Source of the DNA: an uncultured virus (IMG/VR IMGVR_UViG_3300003086_000045)
Lineage: Duplodnaviria > Heunggongvirae > Uroviricota > Caudoviricetes > Demerecviridae
Strand: one strand, 5' to 3'
IMG/VR virus record: IMGVR_UViG_3300003086_000045
Coordinates: 1 to 64,000 of that record
Length of the DNA: 64,000 nt
The number at the start of each line of letters is the position of its first letter. Position 1 is the first letter of the stretch. Shown here in pieces: positions 1-10,264 of the stretch. The position numbers were made by a program, and so were the translations under genes. Below the pieces are notes generated by a model. The model saw only the letters and a program-made list of their open reading frames with translations, had not been told where the DNA came from and made no database searches.

Positions 1-721
1 TAATGTAGCAGCTGGAGCAGATATAACAGATGCCCTATCTCAGATTAGTAGTTATTGTACTACTCTTGAGAATGAAGCTTTAGCTAGTTGGAAAACTTTA
101 ACTCCTATCAGCTATACCGGAGGTAACTCTGCTACTAATGGAACGGAAGGTAGATTGGCGGGTTGGATGTTTCAAGTTCCTACAGCAGCTTTTGGAGCTA
201 ATAAAGTACGCCTTAGTTTTCCTCCAATCGTGTATGCAGATGGGTGTACAGGTAACCCTGCTTCTTTTGATTATGTAGCTGGAGCAGAGATGGACATCTC
301 TAGTGTAACAACTTGTATTACCAATACAGCTTCCCCCACACTAGACCATCCGGGGTCTACATTTAGCGTGGCACACGCAACCGCTCCTGGAATAATCGAG
401 TACCACTCCAACATAAAAGGTTTTAGAAAGGGTCAGATGAACCCCTCATTCCCTCCAGATGCTAGTATATGGTGTAGTGACGGCAAGTATATTAATGCTA
501 TTGGTATAACTGAAAGAATGAACGTGGAGTCCATGTATGCTAGGTTTGGCTACGCTACCCATTCGCTACTAAACCAAGGGGTCTATTTCTACAACGAGAC
601 AGGGGGGTTCGACTCCTCATGGAAGTATCTACTGATAGCGTTAGGAATAGTAGGCTCTGTAAATGCTCCCCTGTCTGAGATTCCAATAGGTCAAGTAATA
701 ACAGTTGAAGCCTATTATTAA
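1..721 (+). CDS. Virion structural/tail protein, 5'-truncated by the window edge
   Basis: The frame of ORF 155..721 stays open back to base 2 (NVAAGADITDALSQ...). It precedes the fibre genes. Confidence 0.5.
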   Translation, partial: NVAAGADITDALSQISSYCTTLENEALASWKTLTPISYTGGNSATNGTEGRLAGWMFQVPTAAFGANKVRLSFPPIVYADGCTGNPASFDYVAGAEMDISSVTTCITNTASPTLDHPGSTFSVAHATAPGIIEYHSNIKGFRKGQMNPSFPPDASIWCSDGKYINAIGITERMNVESMYARFGYATHSLLNQGVYFYNETGGFDSSWKYLLIALGIVGSVNAPLSEIPIGQVITVEAYY

Positions 722-1185
722 TGTGGAACTGTGAGGGTACAGAAGCTATTAATCCAGTATCAAAGATAATTATCAAACTGAATATGGGTTTAGGATTTGA
801 TGTTTTATCTTATGATAAAAATTTTCCTTTCATTAAAGCAGATGACACACTAGACACATACCTTGCTAAATACGATATTAACAAGTGGGAAATAAGTAAA
901 GAATTAGAGCCGAGACTAGGAGATACAATAATCATTGCTTACAAGAATAGAACAACTGGTCTATTACTTGGTGAAGCTGGCGTAAATGCGGGAACGATTA
1001 TTAATAACAAATTACAAGTACCTTTGATGCGAGGCGGAATGTCTTCATTACAAGGCTTAGTAACAATGGCTGAGATATTACAAGCAGGTTACTGTTTAGA
1101 GTATATAGTTAGAGCGAAAGGATTTGATAGTTTTAAAGCAATTGAATCATCAAGAGAATTAGTCAGGGCACTACGCCCCCAATAA
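721..1185 (+). CDS. Hypothetical protein
   Basis: 154-aa ORF translationally coupled (TAATG) to the upstream gene. Confidence 0.55.
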   Translation: MWNCEGTEAINPVSKIIIKLNMGLGFDVLSYDKNFPFIKADDTLDTYLAKYDINKWEISKELEPRLGDTIIIAYKNRTTGLLLGEAGVNAGTIINNKLQVPLMRGGMSSLQGLVTMAEILQAGYCLEYIVRAKGFDSFKAIESSRELVRALRPQ

Positions 1186-1234
1186 AAATACCTTTAACTA
1201 GGTTAAACAGAATTAATATATAAGGAGATAAACA

Positions 1235-2122
1235 ATGCCGCAAGGATTTCCAAATAACCCAGCTGTAAATGACACAGCTTTATTAAACGGGTCACAATAC
1301 GAATGGGATGGAGTAGCATGGCGCAAAACCGCTGCTTCTACAGCTACAGCTGACTTAACAGACTATGCCACCATCGTATCTTTAGCAACAGAAACTACTC
1401 GCGCAACAGCAGCTGAGGGTGTAAATGCTACAGATATAGCTACTATAACGGCAGCAATGTCAACAGATACGGAGCGTTTAGCTGCCGTAACAGCTTTGAC
1501 TACAGCATATGATGCAGCAGACACAACTTTAGAGGGTTTACTAACGACTGCAATTGCAGGTAAAGTATCTAAGTCTGGTGACACGATGACTGGTAATTTG
1601 GGTATTGGCACTTCGTCGCCAACTTCTGGTTATAAACTTCATATTAAGGGTGATTCAGGTTTACACGCTAAGATGATGGTTGAGTCAACAACCGCTACGG
1701 GTCAAGCAGAGTTATACTTAACTGCTAACTCAGGAGGCGGCTCTCTGATTAATCTTGGTGATGAAAGCTCTTCTACCATAGGGCGTATCGCTTATTATCA
1801 TACTGATAATGCTATGAGATTTGAGACTAATAGCTCAGAACGTATGCGTATCACCTCAGTAGGCAACGTGGGTATCGGGACAACAAGTCCTTCTGAGAGA
1901 CTTCATATCAACTCCGGAACGGGAAATATAGGTGTTAAGATTGAAAGTACTGATGCTACAGCAGTAATCGCTTTCAAGGACAACTCTACCAGTGATGTTA
2001 TCACTATGGGAGCAGAGGGAGATACCGCCGTATTCCATATAAATAACGTACTAGTTATGCGTATCGACTCAGCGGGGAACCTAACTGTCAAGGGAGATAT
2101 AACTGCATTTGGCGCGATATAA
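1235..2122 (+). CDS. Tail fibre protein (cassette A)
   Basis: N-terminal [13 protein letters not shown] anchor, VSKSGDTMTGNL motif, repeated GNVGIGTTSP / ERMRITS fibre repeats, C-terminal GDITAF; AAGGAG RBS. Confidence 0.85.
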   Translation: MPQGFPNNPAVNDTALLNGSQYEWDGVAWRKTAASTATADLTDYATIVSLATETTRATAAEGVNATDIATITAAMSTDTERLAAVTALTTAYDAADTTLEGLLTTAIAGKVSKSGDTMTGNLGIGTSSPTSGYKLHIKGDSGLHAKMMVESTTATGQAELYLTANSGGGSLINLGDESSSTIGRIAYYHTDNAMRFETNSSERMRITSVGNVGIGTTSPSERLHINSGTGNIGVKIESTDATAVIAFKDNSTSDVITMGAEGDTAVFHINNVLVMRIDSAGNLTVKGDITAFGAI

Positions 2123-2132
2123 GGAGTAATTT

Positions 2133-3110
2133 ATGGCAATGCAAAATTCGGGGCCTATTAGGTTCTCAGAAATAAATGTCGAATTAGGTTTCTCTAGTAC
2201 AGCTACATACTCAATGGGTAATAGTAATTCTAGAGGACTATGTGGTATAGCCTCTGGTGCTATGTCTATGAGTAGTTTTTATGGTAAGTCTAACGCTACA
2301 GAAGTAATTATTTCTTCTAATACAAATAACTTTGATATTGGTGCTGCTGTTATTGCAGCTGGCGGAGATAAAAATACTAATTGTAACTTAATTATTAATT
2401 CAGGTGTAACTGTAGGTTCTACATCTAGTGGAACTGCTGCTATGTTTACAGGCACAGGATGGGGTAGTGGAGTAACTATTGATATCGCTAATAATGGTTC
2501 TATAGTTGGCTCTTCTGGTAGTAGTACGGCTAGTCAGGGTGCAGGTGGTAATGGAGGCAAAGGATCTGATGCTAATGTCGGCAACTTCGGCAGCGGTAGT
2601 TCAGGAGCATCAGGCCCAGGTGCCTCTGCTACATCGGCTAATAATGGTGGTAGTGTATTTGAACACTCACAAAATGATTCCAATATGAACGTTACATTTA
2701 GTACAGCAGGAACAAGATCTCCAGGAGCAGGTGGTATTGCAACCGCATTAGGTTCAGGTGGTGGTGGTGGCGGCTCTAATGGTTCAGGTCCATTCGGCGG
2801 TGGTGGCGGTGGTGGCGGAGCAGGCTCACCTGGTGGCTCAGGTGGTGGCGGTGGTGCTGGGCCAAATCCGTTCTACGGTTTTGGAGGCCCAGGCTCAGGT
2901 GGTGGCGGTGGCTCTAGTACTTCTGGAGGAGGAGGCGGTAGCACAATGTTTGACCAAGGCGATGGTGGCGGAGGAGGCTTACCTGGTCAATCTGGTGCAG
3001 CTGGTGTCGGTGGTGGTTCTGGTGGTTCTGGTGGTTCAGCAGGTTCGCCATCTAGTGCATCAGGTTCAGCAGGCTCAGTACTATCAGGCAATACAGCTCA
3101 AATTAGTTAA
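2133..3110 (+). CDS. Glycine-rich fibre-tip adhesin, T-even gp38-like
   Basis: N-terminus MAMQNSGPIRFSEINVELG, then I.N.G.I.G..G and polyglycine runs typical of polyglycine-II adhesins. Confidence 0.75.
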   Translation: MAMQNSGPIRFSEINVELGFSSTATYSMGNSNSRGLCGIASGAMSMSSFYGKSNATEVIISSNTNNFDIGAAVIAAGGDKNTNCNLIINSGVTVGSTSSGTAAMFTGTGWGSGVTIDIANNGSIVGSSGSSTASQGAGGNGGKGSDANVGNFGSGSSGASGPGASATSANNGGSVFEHSQNDSNMNVTFSTAGTRSPGAGGIATALGSGGGGGGSNGSGPFGGGGGGGGAGSPGGSGGGGGAGPNPFYGFGGPGSGGGGGSSTSGGGGGSTMFDQGDGGGGGLPGQSGAAGVGGGSGGSGGSAGSPSSASGSAGSVLSGNTAQIS

Positions 3111-3123
3111 TTAAAGGAATATA

Positions 3124-3591
3124 ATGAATTTACAAGCAAAAATGAAATCAGGGAGCAAATTCTCTGATGAGGATATACTAGAAGTAGTATTTAATTCAGA
3201 TAATATACCTGTAGCAACAGTTGTTCATACTGTTAAGGTAGTATCAGGCCCAGCCGTAACACACGGTGGTGGTGGACTAGCAGGGGACTATTTACATTAC
3301 AAATCGGTAGAAAGAGACGCCGATGCCAATGGTATTATTGATTACTCAGAAGTAGAGATGCGAGTAGTCCAAGAATCACAGGGTACTTCAGTTATTAAAG
3401 TTGTATGTGCTACAATAAGTCAAGCTGATGCAGATGATTTTAATACAGCTATATCTGAGTTCTCGGCTAGAGTAGAAGCTGCTGGTGTAACAGAAGAAAC
3501 TCCAAATGGTACGGATGGTACATTTACGGAGGAAGCACCCACAGCCCCTGATTCAACCATACTAGAAACTGGTGAGATGTCTAATAAGTAA
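3124..3591 (+). CDS. Acidic hypothetical protein, possibly a fibre assembly factor
   Basis: 155-aa ORF with RBS directly after the adhesin. Confidence 0.5.
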   Translation: MNLQAKMKSGSKFSDEDILEVVFNSDNIPVATVVHTVKVVSGPAVTHGGGGLAGDYLHYKSVERDADANGIIDYSEVEMRVVQESQGTSVIKVVCATISQADADDFNTAISEFSARVEAAGVTEETPNGTDGTFTEEAPTAPDSTILETGEMSNK

Positions 3592-3601
3592 CATTTACAA
3601 A

Positions 3602-3624
3602 AGGCCTTCGAAAGAGGGTCTTTG
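3602..3624 (+). terminator. Possible rho-independent terminator
   Basis: GGCCTTC-GAAA-GAGGGTC hairpin followed by a short T run. Confidence 0.45.
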
Positions 3625-3633
3625 ATAAATATT

Positions 3634-4185
3634 ATGTCAGATATAAACGCCTTAAAATTAACAATAGTTACTAATAATGCGAATATTAGTAGTTTACAAA
3701 CTGACGTTGCTAATAAAGCAGAAGTAGACTTAAGTAATGTAGGGACTTTACCAATAAGTATAGCTGATCAGTTACGTGGTCCAGCAGGGTACGGATTTGA
3801 TATTGAAACCGTATTTAATTCTTTAGTAGAATTATTGAATGGATCTGTTACTTCAGGTAGATTCGGTCTAGTCGCGGGCATATTGCCCGAAAGTGACTCA
3901 GACTATGGAAAACTTTATCTTAGGGTAGGTACTTCGTGGCAATATATTACTGATATGTCTGTGGCTGGTGCAGCTGGAGTAGTTGGGCCTCAAGGGCCTC
4001 AAGGGGTAGATGGTAGTACTGGGGCTCAAGGATCTATAGGAAATACAGGGGCTGCGGGAGAAAGTGGTGCAGTATTTTTCAACAATACAGCAGAAGAAGG
4101 TCATTATTACCAAAGTGTTGGAGTTATCTATATGAGAGCGAACGGTACTTGGCGACAGATTTACCCTGCTGTATACTCAGATTAA
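3634..4185 (+). CDS. Short collagen-like fibre/adaptor (cassette B)
   Basis: KAEVDLSNVGTLP motif shared with other cassettes, Gly-X-Y run (GPQGPQGVDGSTGAQG...), C-terminal NGTWRQIYPAVY. Confidence 0.7.
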   Translation: MSDINALKLTIVTNNANISSLQTDVANKAEVDLSNVGTLPISIADQLRGPAGYGFDIETVFNSLVELLNGSVTSGRFGLVAGILPESDSDYGKLYLRVGTSWQYITDMSVAGAAGVVGPQGPQGVDGSTGAQGSIGNTGAAGESGAVFFNNTAEEGHYYQSVGVIYMRANGTWRQIYPAVYSD

Positions 4186-4194
4186 AATAATAAT

Positions 4195-4536
4195 ATGGCA
4201 CAAATTCAAACTACAACTAGTACCCCAAGCGTAAGCTTTACTAAGTCATTTGACCAAGGAGATGTTGCAACTTTGTCAGTAATTAATACTCTTATTGGGT
4301 ATATGGAACAACTTAATGCTCATACACATACTGTAACGGATATAACTTATGAAGCATATGGAATTTCTTCGGGTTCAACTAGCTATACGGCTACAACAGG
4401 AACTCCCTCTACTTCATCTAGTGTGAGTAGTAAGGCTACCGGAGACTTGATTGATGATTCTGAAATAGATCAACTAGTTGCAGCTATCAATGCCTTAGCC
4501 TCACACTATCACGTAATTAACGACCAATCATCATGA
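4195..4536 (+). CDS. Small HxH-motif protein with two internal repeats
   Basis: Two copies of GD-x-(I/V)...L-x2-HxH-x3-D; the same motif occurs in 5353..5553. Confidence 0.6.
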   Translation: MAQIQTTTSTPSVSFTKSFDQGDVATLSVINTLIGYMEQLNAHTHTVTDITYEAYGISSGSTSYTATTGTPSTSSSVSSKATGDLIDDSEIDQLVAAINALASHYHVINDQSS

Positions 4537-5360
4537 AAAAATTTATATTTATTAAAAATTCTTCTAATGTATATGACTCTCAACTAGGAGTTATAGATAC
4601 ATTATCGGAGAAATATGGCCACGAGGAAATAAAAACTTGGGCTAAAATAGACTACTCCCTTCCCGTAAGAATTATAGGTAATAGTGCAACTATAAATTCA
4701 ACAGTATTAGATAGATCTTTTAATATTGATGAAACACTTATATTAGGTTCCTTAGGAAGCTATGACATGGTCATGGTAGCAGCACTAATTTCTAGTGAAG
4801 GCGCTATTTCTGAAGAGACGTTATTTGATAACTTTACACATTATGGTATACAGTCAGATGGGCAAGCAATAAATCTAGCTACAGGTGAAAAAGTTGCAAT
4901 CTCTGGGCATACTTGGTATGTAGTCAGTACTACTTTTAAAGTAGATACTATATTCTATATGGTAATAAATAATAATATTGCTAATATTGTGGAAGTTAAA
5001 CTAGATACTATGATGGAGGGTGTTGGAATACCTCATGAGTATGTCCCAGTATGTACTAAGTGTGGAACATTAAAGCATACTATATTTAAGCCAGTATTCT
5101 CTACAGGTAAAATGATTAATGGTAAAACATTATATGTTAATTCAGATACCCTTACAATAGAACTAACTACTGAAGAACCTATAGATATAACTGTAGAAGT
5201 AGATACTAATATGCAGTTTACTAAGACTGGTTTAACTTATACATTTAACATAGAAAGTACTCACAATTTTATTGAGTTTAGTATCCCTAACCCAGTATTT
5301 GAGTATTTTAGCAAAGAGGAAGAATTATCTTTCCAATATGAGGTAACTAAATATGGCTGA
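4533..5360 (+). CDS. Hypothetical protein with CxxC
   Basis: 275-aa ORF, coupled to both neighbours, contains CTKC. Confidence 0.55.
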   Translation: MKKFIFIKNSSNVYDSQLGVIDTLSEKYGHEEIKTWAKIDYSLPVRIIGNSATINSTVLDRSFNIDETLILGSLGSYDMVMVAALISSEGAISEETLFDNFTHYGIQSDGQAINLATGEKVAISGHTWYVVSTTFKVDTIFYMVINNNIANIVEVKLDTMMEGVGIPHEYVPVCTKCGTLKHTIFKPVFSTGKMINGKTLYVNSDTLTIELTTEEPIDITVEVDTNMQFTKTGLTYTFNIESTHNFIEFSIPNPVFEYFSKEEELSFQYEVTKYG

Positions 5361-5553
5361 TGAGAACACAACGAATAGTGGCGGAGACTCTATAGGAGTA
5401 ACTAGAGATGAAGGAGACATAGTATCTAGCACTGAGATGAAACAAATTATTACAGCAATGAAAACTGTATTAGATCATACACATATTTTTTATGATGACT
5501 ATAGTAGAAATTGTGATTGTAATTGTAACTGCACCAGGGGAACTTGGGGTTAA
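5353..5553 (+). CDS. Cys-rich small protein; putative radical SAM substrate (RiPP-like precursor)
   Basis: 66 aa, HTH motif, then C-terminal NCDCNCNCTRGTWG; GAGG RBS; directly upstream of 4 rSAM genes. Confidence 0.7.
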   Translation: MADENTTNSGGDSIGVTRDEGDIVSSTEMKQIITAMKTVLDHTHIFYDDYSRNCDCNCNCTRGTWG

Positions 5554-5566
5554 TTAGGAGATAGAA

Positions 5567-7093
5567 GTGGCGAGAGAGATACAAGAAATTAGGGCGATTG
5601 GACCCTCAGAGAAATCTATAACTGTAGCAGAAGCGGTAAAGCTGGGGTTATTTAATAAACTAAATAAAATAAATATATTATTAACTAATAAGTGCAACTT
5701 ACGTTGTAATTATTGTTATGAGCAACATAAAAAAGATTTTGGAACAGTAACAGTAGAGAAAGTTAAAAAGGTATTTGACTTCCTTAGATCTATTGGTAAT
5801 ACTGATGTACCAAAAGATATTCAGTTCTTCGGTGGAGAACCCATGTTAAGAAAGGATGTCATATTAGACTTCTTAAAAGAACATGAAGATGAGTTGCGTG
5901 AGCACTCAAGCGAAATTAAAGTTAATATGGTTACTAATGGTACTTTATTAACACAAGAATTTGTAGACGAATATGAAAGTTATGGCTTTACTCTTGTATG
6001 TTTTTCTCTAGACACTCTAGATGAAGATATGGACGAGAGAGGAGTTGATACAGAAGAATTATACGATACAATTGCAAATATGTTTTCAAAAGAATTCAAA
6101 TTGCAAGGTAGACTAGGTATTCGATGTACTATGAATCCAAAAAATGTTTTAGATTTAGATGACTTTGTAGATAGGTTATATGCTGTAGATGTACGAAATA
6201 TGATTGTACACCCACTTACTTATAGTGCTACAGATGGGCTGGTGGAATGGTCTAAGGAAGCATGGGAATCGGTATACGGCGCACTACGAAAGATTTATAA
6301 GAAGTATCCTGACTTTGATATTGAGTTTGCAGAGGGAGTAGGGCACAAAGGTGGCTCCAATTGCATGATAGCATCAGATATGATGGCATTAGATGGATCA
6401 GGGGAATATACAGGGTGCTACTTCTTTACTAATAATAAAGTAGAAGCAGCTAATACTGTATTAGGTAACATATTCGATGATAAAATCTATATTGACAACT
6501 ATAAGTACTGGTTTAAAACTTATGAAGAGTCTTTTAATAACCCAGTATGCCAATCATGTAATATTCAAGGGTTATGTTATTCATGCCCAGCAGGTAATTT
6601 AACAGTATTTGGTGAACCTTACAGTAACTACAAGGCTTGTTCTCAAATTACACAATTTCACGTTGATTTACGTGCTTTCCAGAATGAGGCAGTATTTGAA
6701 GCCTTAGTAGAAAGAGTAGCAGGGGAACTAAATGGCGACACAATTTCCGCTAGACTACTACAATTAGCACATAAATGGACTACTAATCATGTGTGGAAAT
6801 TAGAAGAAATTAGAAAAGGTGATGTACCTTCGTTCAATGAGGGATTATTAGTTTTAGAAGAGGCTGTGACAGGCAAGAGAACTAAATCTCCTGAATCTAT
6901 ACTACATATATACAATGAGTTAAGAAGGCATAAAGATGGTAGATGGCTACCACCTGAGTTAAGTGAAGTAACCCCCGGGTTCAAGGCTCAAGTAGTATAT
7001 GTTGTCTCTGCTTTAGATATGATTATATTTAATAAGGTGTCTAGCGTCAATGAAAATAATACTGATATTGACTATAGTGACTATGTACACTAA
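5567..7093 (+). CDS. Radical SAM/SPASM-domain protein
   Basis: CNLRCNYC, FFGGEP, VTNGTLL and C-terminal CQSC...CYSCPAGN...C cluster. Confidence 0.92.
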   Translation: MAREIQEIRAIGPSEKSITVAEAVKLGLFNKLNKINILLTNKCNLRCNYCYEQHKKDFGTVTVEKVKKVFDFLRSIGNTDVPKDIQFFGGEPMLRKDVILDFLKEHEDELREHSSEIKVNMVTNGTLLTQEFVDEYESYGFTLVCFSLDTLDEDMDERGVDTEELYDTIANMFSKEFKLQGRLGIRCTMNPKNVLDLDDFVDRLYAVDVRNMIVHPLTYSATDGLVEWSKEAWESVYGALRKIYKKYPDFDIEFAEGVGHKGGSNCMIASDMMALDGSGEYTGCYFFTNNKVEAANTVLGNIFDDKIYIDNYKYWFKTYEESFNNPVCQSCNIQGLCYSCPAGNLTVFGEPYSNYKACSQITQFHVDLRAFQNEAVFEALVERVAGELNGDTISARLLQLAHKWTTNHVWKLEEIRKGDVPSFNEGLLVLEEAVTGKRTKSPESILHIYNELRRHKDGRWLPPELSEVTPGFKAQVVYVVSALDMIIFNKVSSVNENNTDIDYSDYVH

Positions 7094-8095
7094 ATGGTCA
7101 GTGATTTAGTAATATATCCCGGTACACAATGTAATTTTAATTGTACATACTGTGATCGGGACTATATTAAAGAGGTACACGGATATCAGAAGCTAACAAC
7201 TGAAGATTTACCCGATATCTTTAACCTTATAGAATCATTAGATTATGATTTTAAAATGCTCTCATTTCATGGTGGGGAGCCTTTTGTATTTACCAAACTT
7301 ATTGATAAAATAATTACTTGGACAGAAGAAAATAAGCCATTCAAGCATTACTACTTCCAAACTAATGGCAGTTTGATACTTAACAACAAAGAATTTATAA
7401 CAAAATGGAAAGATAAGATAATAATTAGTATATCTTATGACTTCAACAAGCAAGAAGATAATAGAACTGGATTTGATATGGAAGAATCCTTGGAGTTCTT
7501 AAAATCGATTGGTGTACCTGCTAAATTACAGTCAGTAGTACCAATGGATGGAAGTTTCTTTGATTCTGATACGATACATAAAATATTAAGATGGAAAGAA
7601 AGAAATCTTGTTTACAGACTTGGATTTGTTCCCTTAAAGTACATACGCTCTGTGGAAGAGTACAAGATTCTACTTGATGATATGTCAGAGGAATATATTA
7701 CAGCTTTCTTTTATAATATAGAATTTCATTTGGATGGGGTAGATGATTTCACAGAGGATTCATTTAAAGATTACTCAGATCCAGTAGAGTTAATTGTGTC
7801 TCCCGATGGATACATGTATTCCGAGTTTGACTTTCTTGATTACCGTCAAGAGCATTTAAGATTTGGAAAATGGAGAGACGGTGTAGAAATATATAAGGAT
7901 GTTCCATTTAAAATGATGGATGAGTGTAAAGAATGTACCGCAAAGAATATATGTGGGCTAAAGTACGCTAGACAAGAATTTGACTTAGGGTTTAAGACTT
8001 TTAACTGCAGAACCTTTTTAACTTTGCAACAAATGACTTTTAAACATATAACTAAGCTAAGAGAGAGGAGTTTGTTAGAACATGTGGGAATTTAA
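7094..8095 (+). CDS. Radical SAM protein with C-terminal Cys cluster
   Basis: CNFNCTYC, FHGGEP, QTNGSL, CKEC...C...C. Confidence 0.88.
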   Translation: MVSDLVIYPGTQCNFNCTYCDRDYIKEVHGYQKLTTEDLPDIFNLIESLDYDFKMLSFHGGEPFVFTKLIDKIITWTEENKPFKHYYFQTNGSLILNNKEFITKWKDKIIISISYDFNKQEDNRTGFDMEESLEFLKSIGVPAKLQSVVPMDGSFFDSDTIHKILRWKERNLVYRLGFVPLKYIRSVEEYKILLDDMSEEYITAFFYNIEFHLDGVDDFTEDSFKDYSDPVELIVSPDGYMYSEFDFLDYRQEHLRFGKWRDGVEIYKDVPFKMMDECKECTAKNICGLKYARQEFDLGFKTFNCRTFLTLQQMTFKHITKLRERSLLEHVGI

Positions 8096-9152
8096 AGAAA
8101 GATTTATGATGCACGATGCCTTGGTAAACATTGGCAACGAGTTAGCATTTACACTACTACATGAGTATAAGTGTAATGCTGGGTGCAAAGACTGTAGAAT
8201 AGTAATTGACGGATGGCCTAAGAAGGCAGACCTCAATAAAATAAAAATACCTACAGACGACATATTCAATGTCGCTTCTTACTTTAATATGCTGTGTTCA
8301 TATGATGACTTAACTTATATCAAGCAGGCTCCTCACTTGTTTGAATGGATGAAAGCACACGAGAAGAAATTCTACAATAGTAGTTTGACGGATCGTGCTA
8401 TATGGCAACAATTTGATATACTAATGAATGAGATTGACTTTATAGGTATAGAAGACCTATCTTTGTTTGATCATTTTATAGTAAATCCTAAATTGGAAAG
8501 AACTCAATTCAAAGGAATGGAGATTCTAGACGTAATAAAGCTTCTTAGAGAAAAGTACACTATTAATCGTATTAAAATTATGATTACAGACGAGAATTTT
8601 GCTTGTGACCCTAAAGTTACAGAAGTATTTGAATATACTCAAGAGCAAGGTATGGAGATGATGTTTATAGGTAATTTTCTAAGACCCGATGACAGTATAT
8701 TCCATAGACTTATAGCCAAGAACTTTCAACATTTTAGTTTTTATGAACACGATCCATCTTTACACTACTTTATTAAAGAGGGTAGAATGTGGAAGACAAA
8801 CGCTTGTGGACTTTATTTACAAAATGATAGAATAGATACAAACGGAGTAGGTACTGGATTTTATGATATAAAAGACTGGGACCCTGTAGAGTTTTTATCT
8901 GTACTAATGCAAAGTAAGAAAGATAATTATACTAAAGAAGCCAGAAGTAAGATACCTTATTTTGTAGATATATCAGAAAGTTTAATAGTAAATCACGATT
9001 TCAATTTTATACCGGGTATTTTACTAGCTCCGTATACTGTGTATGCTAAAAGGCTTATAGAGGAAGAAGGATTTGTAAGAACAGACTATGGATTACTTAA
9101 AAGAGACGGGAAGGTTGTAAAACCACTAATGGAATGGACAGATTTAGACTAA
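8082..9152 (+). CDS. Divergent radical SAM-like protein
   Basis: CNAGCKDC (CX3CX2C) near the N-terminus; no GGEP motif. Confidence 0.6.
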   Translation: MWEFKERFMMHDALVNIGNELAFTLLHEYKCNAGCKDCRIVIDGWPKKADLNKIKIPTDDIFNVASYFNMLCSYDDLTYIKQAPHLFEWMKAHEKKFYNSSLTDRAIWQQFDILMNEIDFIGIEDLSLFDHFIVNPKLERTQFKGMEILDVIKLLREKYTINRIKIMITDENFACDPKVTEVFEYTQEQGMEMMFIGNFLRPDDSIFHRLIAKNFQHFSFYEHDPSLHYFIKEGRMWKTNACGLYLQNDRIDTNGVGTGFYDIKDWDPVEFLSVLMQSKKDNYTKEARSKIPYFVDISESLIVNHDFNFIPGILLAPYTVYAKRLIEEEGFVRTDYGLLKRDGKVVKPLMEWTDLD

Positions 9153-10264
9153 ATACTGAGATTGACTTATACCAAGGTCAGGATGGTACACTATATAATG
9201 CTGATAATGAGCAGTTAACATTTATTCGTGCGTTAGATATTGGTACAACACCTAAGAGCTTTAAGAAGGTACTTAAGCCTAAGAAACTAAAAATTGTTTT
9301 AGGCAATAAATGTAATCTTTCTTGTTCTTATTGTTTACAAGATGCTTTAAGTGAGAGGGATACTTTTGGTAATCAAGTACATACTTTATTAAGCAAATTA
9401 GATTTATCTGTAGTTGAAAAAATAGAATTATGGGGTGGAGAGCCTCTAATGTACTGGCACTATATTAAACAAATTATAGATGAGGTAGATAGAGAAGATA
9501 TTAATTGGTCAATTATTTCAAATGGTTCACTATTAAAAGAGAGACATTTGAAATATTTGGAACAAGTGAAGGGTAGTGTATCAATTACTATCAGTCATGA
9601 CGGTCCCGGACAAGAAGAGCTACGCGGAGAGGACATACTTCCTACTAAGGGAGGGTTACTCAAAGAGTTAGCTACTTTTACAAAGATGAGTTTTAACTCA
9701 ATAGTAACAAATCAAAATTATAATTTATTTGCTATTGAAGATTATTTAGGTTCATATGGATTTTATCATAACTATGAACTTGGAGAAGCCTATGATTACC
9801 ACGGAATTAAATACGTGGTACAAGGAGAAAACTTACAAAAATATGATAAAATATTAAGAGCCTACTTAAAAGAATCTGAGAGACCTAATAGTTTTGGTCA
9901 AGATGTTGAGTCTCAAATACGGTTCTCTATGGATCCTTATAAAGTACCTACCTGGTCAAGGTGTGGTATAGATCAAGAGGAGCAACTGACAGTAGATTTG
10001 GAAGGTAATATAAAACCTTGCCAAAACGTAGGTAAAGAATATATTAGTGGCAGTATAGACGATATTGAAAATGTCAGTCTACAGAACGTCACTTTTGGGG
10101 GAACTAATAGGTGTAAAACTTGTGAAGTCCAAACACTATGTCAAGGAGGGTGTCCTTATAATACTCCAGACATTAATTTATTCAATGTTAATTGTAGTAT
10201 CAACTATGTACATTATAAGGCTATACAAGATACTGCATACAAAACTCTATTCCAGGAGACATAA
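9134..10264 (+). CDS. Radical SAM/SPASM-domain protein
   Basis: CNLSCSYC, WGGEP, SHDGPGQ and SPASM motif CG...PCQ...CKTC...CQGGCP...C. Confidence 0.92.
   Translation: MDRFRLNTEIDLYQGQDGTLYNADNEQLTFIRALDIGTTPKSFKKVLKPKKLKIVLGNKCNLSCSYCLQDALSERDTFGNQVHTLLSKLDLSVVEKIELWGGEPLMYWHYIKQIIDEVDREDINWSIISNGSLLKERHLKYLEQVKGSVSITISHDGPGQEELRGEDILPTKGGLLKELATFTKMSFNSIVTNQNYNLFAIEDYLGSYGFYHNYELGEAYDYHGIKYVVQGENLQKYDKILRAYLKESERPNSFGQDVESQIRFSMDPYKVPTWSRCGIDQEEQLTVDLEGNIKPCQNVGKEYISGSIDDIENVSLQNVTFGGTNRCKTCEVQTLCQGGCPYNTPDINLFNVNCSINYVHYKAIQDTAYKTLFQET

Noticed and set aside
5567..10264. rSAMs as 7-deazaguanine (QueE) or anaerobic RNR-activating enzymes
   Set aside because: No queC/queD/folE/dpdA or nrdD in the window; SPASM clusters and the adjacent Cys peptide fit peptide/protein maturases better.
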